Shown one piece after another: positions 39,992 to 50,097 of a stretch of DNA of 64,000 bases; position 1 is the first letter of the stretch, and each line of letters begins with the position of its first letter. Below the pieces are notes generated by a model that made no database searches, was not told the origin of the DNA, and was given only the letters and a program-made list of their open reading frames with translations. Source of the stretch: Thermoproteota archaeon (GTDB lineage: Archaea > Korarchaeota > Korarchaeia > Korarchaeales > JAOZGB01); the NCBI GenBank assembly GCA_037917685.1, contig JAVCBU010000012.1:64001-128000 (forward strand), in the 5' to 3' direction. A program made the translations under genes and the position numbers.

Positions 39992-40023
39992 TTCTCTAAT
40001 TTTATATTGAAAATTTTAAATGA

Positions 40024-41181
40024 ATGCTTAGAGTTGAATTCTGTGTGAAGCTTAGCCGAGCTATAATTCTACTCTTAATTCCGATCGCAGTAGGTATCAT
40101 GCAGGAAAGCTATACCTTTAAGATCTACGGCTCCATGGGATGCCCCAGCTGTAAGAGGACTTATGACTACCTTGTCGAAATTTACGGTGCCAACTCTGTT
40201 ATAATGTATGATACCGCAAATTCTACAAGTTACATGGTAAGAGAAATAGAGCTTAGCCTCCTACTCTACAATAATTCAAGGGTTACGCCGATAGTTGGTG
40301 TGTTTAGAGATGGCGAGTTAATAGCCGTGTCCGGGGGGAAAACAGTTAAGGAGTTTTGGGCTAACATAGGAGATAAAACCCTAGGAGATGGCGTCGAGAT
40401 ATTCCTTAACGGTGAGCTTTACAATATTATTACTCAGAAGACCGTTGAAAAAGTGGAGGAAATATTCGGGTCAACCGAGGAGCCGCCTAGTAGAGGGAAG
40501 AGCTACAGTTTTAGAGCGTTATCGGTTATCCTAGTCTCAGCTGTTGCTGACTCAGTAAATCCGTGTACATTCAGCATATTTACAGCCCTACTAATACTTT
40601 CAGCCTCGAGTAGGGGATTTGGCCATGCTGGAAAGCTCGGATTATCCTTTATAGCTGCTATTTTCACATGTTACTATCTTATGGGTTTAGGCCTCACAGC
40701 TATAGTGTTAAAAATGCTCTGGTTAAGGCCTATACTTGCCTGCATTGCCGTAGCTCTAGGTGCATACGAGGTATGGAACTCTGTTGGAGAATACTATAGA
40801 TCTGTGATGCCTAAACCCCTCCGAAAGATCGTATCGCCCAGGATAGAAGAGGCGGCTTCGAAGGCTGGACCAGTGGGGACGTTTCTCCTCGGAGTTATCA
40901 TCAGCTTTACACTCCTCCCATGTTCAGGCGGGCCGTACCTTATAGCTGCAAGCGTCCTCGCCGAGTTCAACATGTATTCAAAGCTGGGTCTTTTATTGCT
41001 GTATAATCTGGTGTTTATTGCGCCCTTGCTTCTAATTCTTGTGGGAGTCCTTTATCTTGGGTTAAAGCTTAGGAAGCTTAAGTACTGGAGGGGGACGAAG
41101 CTTCAGCTTATGGGTATGGTATCTGGTTTTCTGCTTATCGGGATAGGGTTATATATGTTCCATCTTATCGGCATGATTTAA
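40024..41181 (+). CDS. Glutaredoxin-like domain fused to a CcdA/DsbD-type membrane domain
   Basis: CPSC; DSVNPCTF; LPCSGGPY; LYNLVFIAPL. Confidence 0.85.
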   Translation: MLRVEFCVKLSRAIILLLIPIAVGIMQESYTFKIYGSMGCPSCKRTYDYLVEIYGANSVIMYDTANSTSYMVREIELSLLLYNNSRVTPIVGVFRDGELIAVSGGKTVKEFWANIGDKTLGDGVEIFLNGELYNIITQKTVEKVEEIFGSTEEPPSRGKSYSFRALSVILVSAVADSVNPCTFSIFTALLILSASSRGFGHAGKLGLSFIAAIFTCYYLMGLGLTAIVLKMLWLRPILACIAVALGAYEVWNSVGEYYRSVMPKPLRKIVSPRIEEAASKAGPVGTFLLGVIISFTLLPCSGGPYLIAASVLAEFNMYSKLGLLLLYNLVFIAPLLLILVGVLYLGLKLRKLKYWRGTKLQLMGMVSGFLLIGIGLYMFHLIGMI

Positions 41182-41182
41182 C

Positions 41183-41908
41183 TTAGACTTGAACCTCTAT
41201 CCTAATTTTAGAGCCGGGTCTGTACCCTCTAAGCTTGGAAACCATCGCCTTAACCGTAGCTCCTACAAGGTCTGATACGAAGCGGTTTAAATCTAGCCGA
41301 GAGTCGTCGACTATTATTTGCACAGATCGACGGGATAGCACCTTGCAGTCCGATATGCTTCTTTTCCCATGGAGAATCATGGCTGCTATTTCGCTACAGG
41401 TATACCCGCACTCTCTGCAATTCAGATTTGGAAGTTTGAAGGCTTTCTCGTAGGCCATCTTACTAATCTCCTCTATGTCTCGCTTTGGATGGTAAACTGG
41501 AATTTCCATGTCTATCTTTTTTGTGGAAACAGCGAAAATTTCCAGGCCTGTTTTGAGCCTTTCATAATCCTCTTTAGATTCGATAACAACTATCTTTGGA
41601 AAGGTGAGGTTTTGCTTAAAGCCTTCGACTATCACGATATCATAGGCGTTGAGCATAACACTTAGATCCTCTAACCTGAAATTTCCCTTTTGAACAGCTA
41701 TTACTTGGTTTTCAGCAACACCCACAGTTAAATCAGTAATTCTTGAAAGTCTCCACGTATCCTTACCTTTCAAGTCGAACTCGTCGTACTTGGTATGTTT
41801 GACAACGGCAACATTTAGTCCTTGACTTTTATATGATAGTATCATTCCCTCTATCAGGCTTGTTTTCCCCACGTTATGGTAGCCCACTATTCCGATATAG
41901 CGTGCCAT
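41183..41908 (-). CDS. mobB: Molybdopterin-guanine dinucleotide biosynthesis protein MobB with an Fe-S domain
   Basis: IGIVGYHNVGKT, VAVVKH, GKDT, IVEGFK, LPNLNCRECGYTC. ATG at 41908 preferred. Confidence 0.88.
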   Translation of the reverse strand: MARYIGIVGYHNVGKTSLIEGMILSYKSQGLNVAVVKHTKYDEFDLKGKDTWRLSRITDLTVGVAENQVIAVQKGNFRLEDLSVMLNAYDIVIVEGFKQNLTFPKIVVIESKEDYERLKTGLEIFAVSTKKIDMEIPVYHPKRDIEEISKMAYEKAFKLPNLNCRECGYTCSEIAAMILHGKRSISDCKVLSRRSVQIIVDDSRLDLNRFVSDLVGATVKAMVSKLRGYRPGSKIRIEVQV

Positions 41909-41966
41909 CCCTTTAGTATTAGAGGCTAAAATCCTTAAAGTTTCGTAAAATTCGATGATACTTGGT

Positions 41967-42842
41967 TTACATTGATTCTTCAAGGAGCCCAGAAATATCA
42001 ACGTTTTCTATCTCATGGTGAACCAAGGGTGTATCCTTGATTTGGGAAAGCATCTCTGTGTACGGCTTTTTCTGGCCATCTCTATAGAATATTCCTATAG
42101 GTATCCTGTCACTGTTCCCAGGCCATTCTAAAGCCCTTTCTACGGCATCTCTCCAGCTATTTGGGTCGTGCCCGGAGTCTTCTAGTTTGTAGACCTTTTT
42201 TGAAAATTCATGGTAGGTGTTGTAAAAGGTTACACAAGGTTGTAGTACATCTATGTGGGCAAACCCCCTATGCCTGATCGCTTCTTTTATGATCATTGTT
42301 AAATGTTGAACATCTCCGGAAAAAGCTCTTGCAACGAATGAAGAGCCAGACGCCAGCGAAAGCAAAATTGGGTTCAATGGTTCTTCAAGCGAGCCGTAGG
42401 GAGTGGATCTAGACTTGAAGTTCCGCGGGCTTGTAGGCGTGTATTGGCCTGTTGTCAGGCCGAAAACCATGTTATTATGCACAATATATACTATGTCATC
42501 GTTTCTCCTCGCAGCGTGAGTTAAGTGACCCCACCCTATCGAGTAAGCGTCTCCATCTCCGGCAAATCCTATGGCTATAAGATTGTGATTAGCCATCTTG
42601 GCCCCTGCAAGGAAGGGAATTACCCGGCCGTGAATCGTGTGAAAGGCATTTACGTTTATATAATCGGAGATCTTTCCGTGACAGCCTATCCCGGAAGCTA
42701 TAAGCACATTTTCTGGTTTAAGGTTTAGCTCCACTATTGCCCGTTTTACTGCTGCTAGGATTGCGAAGTTTCCACATCCTGGACACCACGTTATTTTCTT
42801 GGGGGTAGACAGCTCTTTAACCGTTAAGGGCTTAGATTTCAT
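41967..42842 (-). CDS. 2-oxoacid:ferredoxin oxidoreductase beta subunit
   Basis: TWCPGCGNF, SGIGC, HGR, GDGD, NN..FGLTTGQ, QPCVTF. Confidence 0.95.
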   Translation of the reverse strand: MKSKPLTVKELSTPKKITWCPGCGNFAILAAVKRAIVELNLKPENVLIASGIGCHGKISDYINVNAFHTIHGRVIPFLAGAKMANHNLIAIGFAGDGDAYSIGWGHLTHAARRNDDIVYIVHNNMVFGLTTGQYTPTSPRNFKSRSTPYGSLEEPLNPILLSLASGSSFVARAFSGDVQHLTMIIKEAIRHRGFAHIDVLQPCVTFYNTYHEFSKKVYKLEDSGHDPNSWRDAVERALEWPGNSDRIPIGIFYRDGQKKPYTEMLSQIKDTPLVHHEIENVDISGLLEESM

Positions 42843-44553
42843 CCTTCAACACCTCTTTGATCCTGGCAGCTAACATTCCAGGTGAAAAGGGCCTCCCATC
42901 ATATCTTAGGATTTTCTCCCCTATCTCGATCCCTGTTTTCTCCCTTATCAATCCCGCTAATTGCCCCGTTTTATTACCTTCAACGTCAACTATTATTTTA
43001 TGTTTCTCAATCATCTGCCGGACAATGCTTGAAGGGAAGGGTTCGAGATAGCATATCTGCATGAACCTAACTTTGACCTGGTCTTCCTCTAATATTTTCA
43101 TAGCTTCTAAGAGGGGTCCTTTAGTGGAGCCCCACGCGATGATTAAGGTTTCAGCGTCTTCATAGCCGTATGTTTTCACTGGTTCGAGTTTCTCGATGTA
43201 TTTTTCTATGTGAGGTAGCTTTCTAAACCTTTTTTCAACCATTTTTGTTCTGACTGTTGCGTTGGGGGTTGCAAATCCTTCTTCTGTATGCTCACTACTC
43301 TGCCCTCTCACAATAACATTTGGGGTTGATGGTAATACCCTAGGGGATACCCCATCATTCACCAGCCTATATCTTTTATAGTTCCCGTTTTGAGCTGTAA
43401 TTTTCCCCCGTTCAATCTTTATTTCTTGCTTGAAGGGTTCTGTTGACATGTGGCTTTCTCCAAGATATTTATCTATAAGAACTATCACTGGGAGCTGGAA
43501 TACCTCGGAGATGTTAAACGCTTCTTGAATCCTCTGATAGCATTCATCCACATCTCCCGGCGCTACGACAACCCTTGGAAATTCGCTTTGCGACGCATGA
43601 AGTACTGTCCTAAGGTCTTCCTGGCCGGTGTAGGTTGCTATCCCCGTGCTTGGGCCAGGCCTTTGCGCTACTACTATTACTATAGGGGTTTCCGTCATGG
43701 CCGCCAGCCCAACCGTCTCACACATTAGCGAAAACCCACCTCCAGATGTTGCCGTCATTGCTCTTACCCCTGCAAATGACGCACCTAACACCATGTTTAC
43801 AGCTGAAATTTCAGATTCTGGCTGTATGACCACGATGTTATAATCATGCTGTTTTGCTGCAAGATAGTGGAGAATGGGAGAGGCTGGGGTCATAGGGTAT
43901 GCAGAGTAGAACTTGAGACCTGCCTTCAATGCTCCAATGGCTATCGCCTCGTTACCGGTTAGGATTATCTTTTTGTTCGAGGAGGGTTTTTCAAGGGTAA
44001 ATCTTATATTATATTTTTTAATGGTGTAGTTATAGCTTTCCCTGGCTATTAGGATGTTTAGTTTAGACTTTTCAGTGCCGAACACTCCGGCTATGACCCC
44101 TGTTAGAGTTTCAACTCTCAATCCTGCTATGGCTGTCATTGCTGCTACTGCGGCCATATTTCTCATTATTTTCCTCCCACCTGCCTTTAGGGTTATCTCT
44201 TCGAATGGAACTTCAACTCTTGAGCCATCAAAATCCTCTGGTGGCTTTGACTTTGAAGGGTCATATATGATGATGCCTTTACCGTGGAGTCTCCAGATAT
44301 GCTTGTCTATGGTTGCCTGGTTTAAAGCTGCTAGAATGTCTACGTGTTCTTTGTGACTGTATATTTTTCTCGACGAAGCCCTACCAAGGTAGAAGTTATG
44401 TCCCCCTCTTATAAGAGAAGGATAATCAAAGTATCCGAAGACGTAGTATCCACTCCTCAGCAGTGTTTTTGCAAAGATGTATCCTGATCTCTGTATACCA
44501 TCACCAGCCTCCCCACCTATTAGAAATGAAAGCTCATGACCCATTAAGACCAC
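42832..44553 (-). CDS. 2-oxoacid:ferredoxin oxidoreductase alpha subunit (gamma-alpha fusion)
   Basis: GGEAGDGI, YPSLIRGGHN, YPMTPAS, ATSGGGFSLM, QRPGPSTG. Confidence 0.95.
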   Translation of the reverse strand: MVLMGHELSFLIGGEAGDGIQRSGYIFAKTLLRSGYYVFGYFDYPSLIRGGHNFYLGRASSRKIYSHKEHVDILAALNQATIDKHIWRLHGKGIIIYDPSKSKPPEDFDGSRVEVPFEEITLKAGGRKIMRNMAAVAAMTAIAGLRVETLTGVIAGVFGTEKSKLNILIARESYNYTIKKYNIRFTLEKPSSNKKIILTGNEAIAIGALKAGLKFYSAYPMTPASPILHYLAAKQHDYNIVVIQPESEISAVNMVLGASFAGVRAMTATSGGGFSLMCETVGLAAMTETPIVIVVAQRPGPSTGIATYTGQEDLRTVLHASQSEFPRVVVAPGDVDECYQRIQEAFNISEVFQLPVIVLIDKYLGESHMSTEPFKQEIKIERGKITAQNGNYKRYRLVNDGVSPRVLPSTPNVIVRGQSSEHTEEGFATPNATVRTKMVEKRFRKLPHIEKYIEKLEPVKTYGYEDAETLIIAWGSTKGPLLEAMKILEEDQVKVRFMQICYLEPFPSSIVRQMIEKHKIIVDVEGNKTGQLAGLIREKTGIEIGEKILRYDGRPFSPGMLAARIKEVLKDEI

Positions 44554-44639
44554 TGTAAGCCTTTGCTGATTCTCCCTACCTGTAAAATATTAAAAAAATT
44601 AACTTGAAGCTGGACGTGATGGAGCCACCTACAACTCTC

Positions 44640-45019
44640 TAGACTTGAGTTCCTTCTCGTACAATTTCCGAGCTCTGAAGGTTTAATGTGATGGTTTCAC
44701 CGTACGAGAAAAGGGTTGCTGTACAGTTAAAAATGGCACATTTATTTTTATGGTCTAGGTATCCCTTTTTGACTGAGCTGGGTTTGGTAGGTACATGTTA
44801 CAAGCTGCGTTGCTATTTCTCTGAGCATGGGTTCTTTACTCCTAAATATGCCTGTAAATACGTCCCACGAGTAGGCTACTGGGTAAAATTTAACTTGAAC
44901 CTTCAGGGTGTCACCTCCATCGAATATGTATACTATTTCTAGTAGTAGTTTGCAAATTGTAGATAGGCACTATTTAGAATTAGTAGGCTTATAGTTAGGA
45001 GTATGCTTGCTCTCATCAT
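44640..45019 (-). pseudogene. Possible decayed secreted-protein gene
   Basis: ATG 45019 gives signal-peptide-like MMRASILLTISLLILNSAYLQFA, which stops early. Protein-like sequence continues in another frame (LLEIVYIFDGGDTLKVQVKFYPVAYSWDVF...). Confidence 0.3.
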
Positions 45020-45060
45020 TGTTAGGGGAAGCCTTTTTGAAGATTTAAACCTTTATATTA

Positions 45061-47307
45061 ATGGGTTTTAAGGCTATGGAAGTTCTAGAGAGAGTGTACA
45101 GGGAAGCCTTGGATAGTGGTGAGAGGCGTCTTTTAACGGTAGCTGCTGATGACAGCCTCGAGTTTATTGTTAAGTCTCTAGCCGATGTGTTAGGCCGGGC
45201 TTCCGGCGTCAGCCTCCTTTACTGTTCTGACTCATTAGATGGATTTGTCAGAGGAGAACAGGTTGTACGGGGGATACTTGAAGATATGGTAGATCTCACG
45301 GTGTTAGATTTCGATATGAGCGAGGTGGCTATGGGGGGGACATGGGATATTTTGATTGCTGATTTTTCCCATCAGATGAGGGCAAACGATATTGGGAGGC
45401 TTGTTGAAACTGTTAGGGGTGGCGGGCTAGTGTTGTTCGCCATCCCCCGGCTTTCGGAATGGTTAAACTCCTATCTGAAGTTTCAGTATAAGCTTGCATC
45501 TCCACCATACAAGATAGAGGATGTTAGGCAACTGTTTAAAGATAGGTTTATAAAGAGCCATAATAGGAGCGGTATAAACCTTTACGCCCCTCAGGAGGAT
45601 TTTGTTATAGAGAACCCTAGGAGAGTGGATTATAGAACTCCCCAGTTTATCCGGGTAGAGTGGGGTGATAAAAGCATTAGGGTTACCGGAGACCAAGCTG
45701 AAGCTGTTGAAACAATGGTTGAGACAGTAAGGGAGAAAGGTAAATCGTGTATGGTTCTCGTTGCAAACAGGGGGAGGGGTAAGTCTGCAGCTCTCGGTCT
45801 AGCTCTATCACATCTTGTTAGGGAGAAATCCATAAGGGATGTTGTTTTAACGGCGCCGGGTCTTGAGGGTATATCTATAGTGTTCCGTTTCCTTATGCTA
45901 GGATTAGATTCTTATGGAATACCCTACAGGAAGATTTATAGGAACGGTGAGCTAGTCGCGGTTAAGTCTAGGGGTATCACGGTTTTCTATCTTACTCCAA
46001 CAAGCGCTTCAGAGGTGAATGTAAAGTATAAGATTGTAGACGAGGCTGCGAGTATACCTATAAACCTTCTCTTCAAAATACTTGGTACTTCAAAGAAAAC
46101 TGTTTACTCGACTACCATTCATGGATATGAAGGTGCTGGCAGGGGTTTCTCCATCAGATTTCTTTGGAGGCTGAAGGAGTATAGTGATCTACAGGTTAGA
46201 ATGGTGAGAATGGAAACGCCTATTAGGTATCCACCTGGCGACCCGGTTGAAAACTGGCTATATGACTTTCTGCTTTTAAACGCGGAGCCGCCGGAGGTAG
46301 ACGAGAATTTAAAGCCTGAGGTAGCCGTATACAGGGCCGTAGATGTCTCCAACGTTGATGAAGAGCGGCTTAGGCGGTGGTATGGGATCTACGTTCTGGC
46401 TCACTATAGGAATAGGCCTAACGACATGGAGTATTTACTTGATTCACCTCATCACATGGCTAGATCTCTTGAATACGATGGCAAGCCGATTGTTAGCCTG
46501 CACATCGCTGAGGAGGGAAGAATTCCCTCGAAGGTTATAGTGGAGATGATGTCGGGGAGAGAGCCTCCAGGTCATATGATACCTCATAGAATGGCCATAC
46601 ATTATGGCTATAAGTCGTTTGCAAAGCTTTACGGCTGGAGAATAGTTAGAATAGCAGTCCATCCTGAGCTTCAGGGTAGAGGGTTCGGAAGCAAGGCTTT
46701 AGCTATGGTTGAGGCTGAGGCCAGGGAAAGAGGTGCTGACTGGGTTGGAGCTGGGTTCGGAGCTTCACCTTCCCTGTTAAGGTTTTGGCTAAAGAATGGG
46801 TATATCCCTGTGCATGCAAGCCCTAGGAGAAATGAGACTAGTGGTGAATTCAGTGTTTTCGTTGTCAAACCACTCAACAGGAATGTGGAGAAGCTTGTCA
46901 TAGGCGTAGCTAGGGAGTTTAAGACCAGGCTTATAGACAGTCTACACGACGTCTACTTCGGTATGAGCCCTACAATTTGCAGGCAGCTTTTATCAAAGGC
47001 CCAGATACCTTCAAAGCTTAGCCTGACAAGGTCGCAGCGTAGAAGGCTTCAGGGCTACCTTACTGGTAGACATACTTATGAAATGGCGTCTGACGCTCTT
47101 TACAGGATTGTTAAGAACTACTTCCTAAGATATCCCGGTAAGAGCCCCTTAACCGTTGAGATGGAGGATTTACTCTTAGCAAAGTGTCTGCAGGGTAAAA
47201 ACTGGCAACTAATAGCTTCAAACTTTAAGTTAAAAAAGCCTATAGAGGTGTTTAGGGAGGCCGCCATAAGGCTTGTAGAGTTCTACAGGATGGAGGGGAA
47301 GATATGA
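45061..47307 (+). CDS. tmcA: tRNA/rRNA cytidine acetyltransferase TmcA/Nat10
   Basis: ETVRGGG, ANRGRGKSAALG, VDEAA, STTIHGYEGAGRGF, AHYRNRPND, RIVRIAVHPELQGRGFGS. Confidence 0.95.
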   Translation: MGFKAMEVLERVYREALDSGERRLLTVAADDSLEFIVKSLADVLGRASGVSLLYCSDSLDGFVRGEQVVRGILEDMVDLTVLDFDMSEVAMGGTWDILIADFSHQMRANDIGRLVETVRGGGLVLFAIPRLSEWLNSYLKFQYKLASPPYKIEDVRQLFKDRFIKSHNRSGINLYAPQEDFVIENPRRVDYRTPQFIRVEWGDKSIRVTGDQAEAVETMVETVREKGKSCMVLVANRGRGKSAALGLALSHLVREKSIRDVVLTAPGLEGISIVFRFLMLGLDSYGIPYRKIYRNGELVAVKSRGITVFYLTPTSASEVNVKYKIVDEAASIPINLLFKILGTSKKTVYSTTIHGYEGAGRGFSIRFLWRLKEYSDLQVRMVRMETPIRYPPGDPVENWLYDFLLLNAEPPEVDENLKPEVAVYRAVDVSNVDEERLRRWYGIYVLAHYRNRPNDMEYLLDSPHHMARSLEYDGKPIVSLHIAEEGRIPSKVIVEMMSGREPPGHMIPHRMAIHYGYKSFAKLYGWRIVRIAVHPELQGRGFGSKALAMVEAEARERGADWVGAGFGASPSLLRFWLKNGYIPVHASPRRNETSGEFSVFVVKPLNRNVEKLVIGVAREFKTRLIDSLHDVYFGMSPTICRQLLSKAQIPSKLSLTRSQRRRLQGYLTGRHTYEMASDALYRIVKNYFLRYPGKSPLTVEMEDLLLAKCLQGKNWQLIASNFKLKKPIEVFREAAIRLVEFYRMEGKI

Positions 47308-47639
47308 AGTGGAAAGTTCTAAAATTTAGGAGGAAGTACAAGGATAAAATAGTCTCAGGCGAGAAGACGTCCACCATAAGACTCGAGACAAGGCTCAAAC
47401 CCGGGGACACGGTACTTGTTATAGCGGGAAGCGAAACTATCGGAACAGCAAAGATCCTAGGGGTTACTGATAGGAAGTTTAAGGACCTAACCGAGGAGGA
47501 CGCCGGCCTAGATGGGTTTAGAAGCCTCCAAGAGCTGAGAGCTGAGCTAAAAGATATATATGGACCTCTTAATGAAGAGACAACCTTGAAACTTGTCAGA
47601 TTTAAATTTAAACCTAAGCCGCTAAATGAAAATATGTAA
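47304..47639 (+). CDS. ASCH domain protein (YqfB-like)
   Basis: IVSGEKTSTIR (GxKxxTxR), KPGD, LTEEDA..DGF; ATGA overlap with the tmcA stop. Confidence 0.9.
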   Translation: MKWKVLKFRRKYKDKIVSGEKTSTIRLETRLKPGDTVLVIAGSETIGTAKILGVTDRKFKDLTEEDAGLDGFRSLQELRAELKDIYGPLNEETTLKLVRFKFKPKPLNENM

Positions 47640-47654
47640 AATTAAATTTTCCTA

Positions 47655-47735
47655 GGCTATCAGCAGGTTTAAGGTCATTCTTGTCGATTATCATCATTGG
47701 TTAGTAGCCTCAGAGCCGGAAGTATATTTCATCCC
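47655..47735 (-). ncRNA. Candidate box C/D-like small RNA
   Basis: Minus strand: GGGATGA (47735-47729), CTGA (47713-47710), ATGATGA (47697-47691), CTGA (47663-47660), with a GGCTA/TAGCC complementary pair. Box spacing is not fully canonical. Confidence 0.35.
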
Positions 47736-47807
47736 ATTCTGTACCGGTACTTGTTGGCTTTAAAATTGTCTACATTTTTAATTTACTCTCCAGATGATAA
47801 GAGATAG

Positions 47808-48218
47808 ATGAATAAGAGGATTGTGAGATTCGGCGTAAGCATTCCTGGAGATCTCCTCGAACGCTTCGACAGGTTTATCGAGGACGCCGGCTATGCTAAT
47901 AGGTCTGAAGCCATCAGGTTCGCGATGAAGACTGTCATGTGGCAGTTTAACATGGAGAGAAGCGGTGGGGAAGCGATAGGTGTGATAGCTGTTCTGTTCG
48001 ACCACGATGTCAAAGGATGCCAGGAGGAGATCACTTCTGTCCAACATAAGTTTAAAGGAACTGTTCTAGGATCAAGCCATATACATCTTGGCAAGCTTTG
48101 TCTTGAAACAATCGTATGCAGAGGAACCATTACGTCTCTTACTAGGCTTTACAAGTGGATTGGGTCTATACGTGGCGTAGAGGCTACAAAGCTCATAATC
48201 CTCCCGAAGGGAGACTAG
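47808..48218 (+). CDS. nikR: Nickel-responsive regulator NikR
   Basis: RFGVSIP..LL..FD..I...GYANRSEAIR RHH; QH, HIHL, CLE nickel ligands. Confidence 0.92.
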   Translation: MNKRIVRFGVSIPGDLLERFDRFIEDAGYANRSEAIRFAMKTVMWQFNMERSGGEAIGVIAVLFDHDVKGCQEEITSVQHKFKGTVLGSSHIHLGKLCLETIVCRGTITSLTRLYKWIGSIRGVEATKLIILPKGD

Positions 48219-50020
48219 AGAAGTAGGGTGGCGACAATTATAGCTATAGCTGCAATAAATACCGTAGGAGCAGCGACCTTTGAAAGGGCGGCTGTTGACC
48301 TTACGAGTGTTAGAAAACCTGGCATTGATGATCCAAAGATCTTAACTTTTACCCATGAGATTTTCCCGCTTACTACGGCAGGTTTAAAGTCTTGTATCGC
48401 TTCCCTCCCTAGATTGCAGGCCCATTCAGATATTATTTCAGGATCTATTTTAAGTCCAAGTTGGTTAAGGCCGAGGGTAATCTTATTTACTGAATGGGTA
48501 TCCGTGGATAAGACTTCAGCGTAGTCGTATCCTAGCTTACGTAGCTCCTCAACACATTTTAGCCTAACCTCTGGGAGCATGTTGTTGCAGTCGATTACAA
48601 GGTACGCTGTTTTTGTATCTCCAGTCTCTACAGCTAAAAGCTTCAGGCCTGCAGGTCCTATCCCTTTAGTCTCGTCAACTTGAGGTTTAAACTCTGAATA
48701 TCCTATTTTCAGCTGGTGTACAGCTGTATTCAGGGAAAGTTTGGATGCAGCTTTTATGGCTAGCCTTCTATAGTTAAAACCTGCTTCTGATGTAATAGTT
48801 ACGAGGAATCCCTCTTCCCTCAGGGAATTATGTGCATCCACAGGTATGACTAGGTTAAACCCGCAGCACGCTTTGACAGCATCCATCAGTGTTATTCCAA
48901 GGGCGAGATCTATGTCTTCTGTGTCATTGGGCGCGCGTGAAAGTATGAGTAGAAGGTTATCGCCGAACTGCTGGGCCATTACCCACTCCGAATTAGACTT
49001 TAAAATGATCGGATTACTACCCATGTTCGAGAGGGCCCTATATTCGCCTTTCGATACTTCTTGAACTATTAGGTCTACGTAGTCGGAGGATACAAGGTTA
49101 TACTCATGGCCTACAGTTCCATGTAGAACTATAACTTTGTCGAATGCGTTATTCTCTTTTAGTTTTTCTTCTATGAGGTATGGTAGATTGCTACTGCCGA
49201 GATGCATGAAGGGGCCTGGATGGACGTATGGTACTATGATCCCTATCGCCTCACCATTCCTTTCGATTTTAAGCGATATTACTGGTAGCACCGCTGCCTC
49301 CCCTATGGACTCAAAGAACGACTCTAGAGGGCCTGGTGAACCTCCTAGGATCTCCATTAACGCTATGTTTAATAGTTCCAGGGCCCCGGCGCCGTATCTA
49401 TCTTTAAGAGGTGCATCAACGAGGGTTATAAATGACCAGGAGGCTATAAGCATTACTATCATAGCCAGTAAGCCTTGTATCAGGGGGCTGCTAAAACCCA
49501 TCCTAATAGCTTGAAATGTTAGAAGCTGGTAGGCAGCTATAGAGAGGACGGGCTGTAATGCTGACAGAAAGAAGACTGGGATAAGGTTGTATCCCGATAC
49601 TGCTGTTATCGCAATGAATCTGAGTGCGAAAACAAGGGCATTAGACACTACAAACATACTAGTTGAAAACTCAATGTTGGAAATGTTTTCTATCAAAATA
49701 GAAGTGAAGAACAATGTTATTATAAGAAGTTCACCTGCAAGGGATAGAAAAGCCGACCTTCTAAGATCTAGAAGGTCCTCCCTTTTCCAGAATGATGTAA
49801 GACTGGCGGATACAAAGGAGGGGATGGAGAAAACAGTAAAACCGTAAATTGTTCCTTGAAATAGGCTTGACAGATTAAGCTTAAAGCTGCCTAGGATAAC
49901 TGTAACCAGTATCCCTGAGAATACGCCTATTAAAACGGTGAGAGGAATGGTAACACTTAACCTAGGAATTGAGAAAAAGTATTTTCCGAGTTTCGAGACA
50001 GCTAGCTCCATTTTCTTCAT
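48215..50020 (-). CDS. DUF2070 family membrane protein
   Basis: N-terminal TM helices; VHPGPF..LGSSNLP, HG...HEYN, DAHN, DCNN, TDTH. Confidence 0.85.
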   Translation of the reverse strand: MKKMELAVSKLGKYFFSIPRLSVTIPLTVLIGVFSGILVTVILGSFKLNLSSLFQGTIYGFTVFSIPSFVSASLTSFWKREDLLDLRRSAFLSLAGELLIITLFFTSILIENISNIEFSTSMFVVSNALVFALRFIAITAVSGYNLIPVFFLSALQPVLSIAAYQLLTFQAIRMGFSSPLIQGLLAMIVMLIASWSFITLVDAPLKDRYGAGALELLNIALMEILGGSPGPLESFFESIGEAAVLPVISLKIERNGEAIGIIVPYVHPGPFMHLGSSNLPYLIEEKLKENNAFDKVIVLHGTVGHEYNLVSSDYVDLIVQEVSKGEYRALSNMGSNPIILKSNSEWVMAQQFGDNLLLILSRAPNDTEDIDLALGITLMDAVKACCGFNLVIPVDAHNSLREEGFLVTITSEAGFNYRRLAIKAASKLSLNTAVHQLKIGYSEFKPQVDETKGIGPAGLKLLAVETGDTKTAYLVIDCNNMLPEVRLKCVEELRKLGYDYAEVLSTDTHSVNKITLGLNQLGLKIDPEIISEWACNLGREAIQDFKPAVVSGKISWVKVKIFGSSMPGFLTLVRSTAALSKVAAPTVFIAAIAIIVATLLL

Positions 50021-50097
50021 GAAACCCTACTTATCTCTCCGGTACGTTGTAGTTTAATTATTTTAATGGTTTCCATGGTAACATTTAGGGGGCTAAT

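Noticed and set aside
44688-44942. 84-aa plus-strand ORF
   Set aside because: No motif and atypical composition. The opposite strand looks more like a decayed gene, though neither reading is certain.
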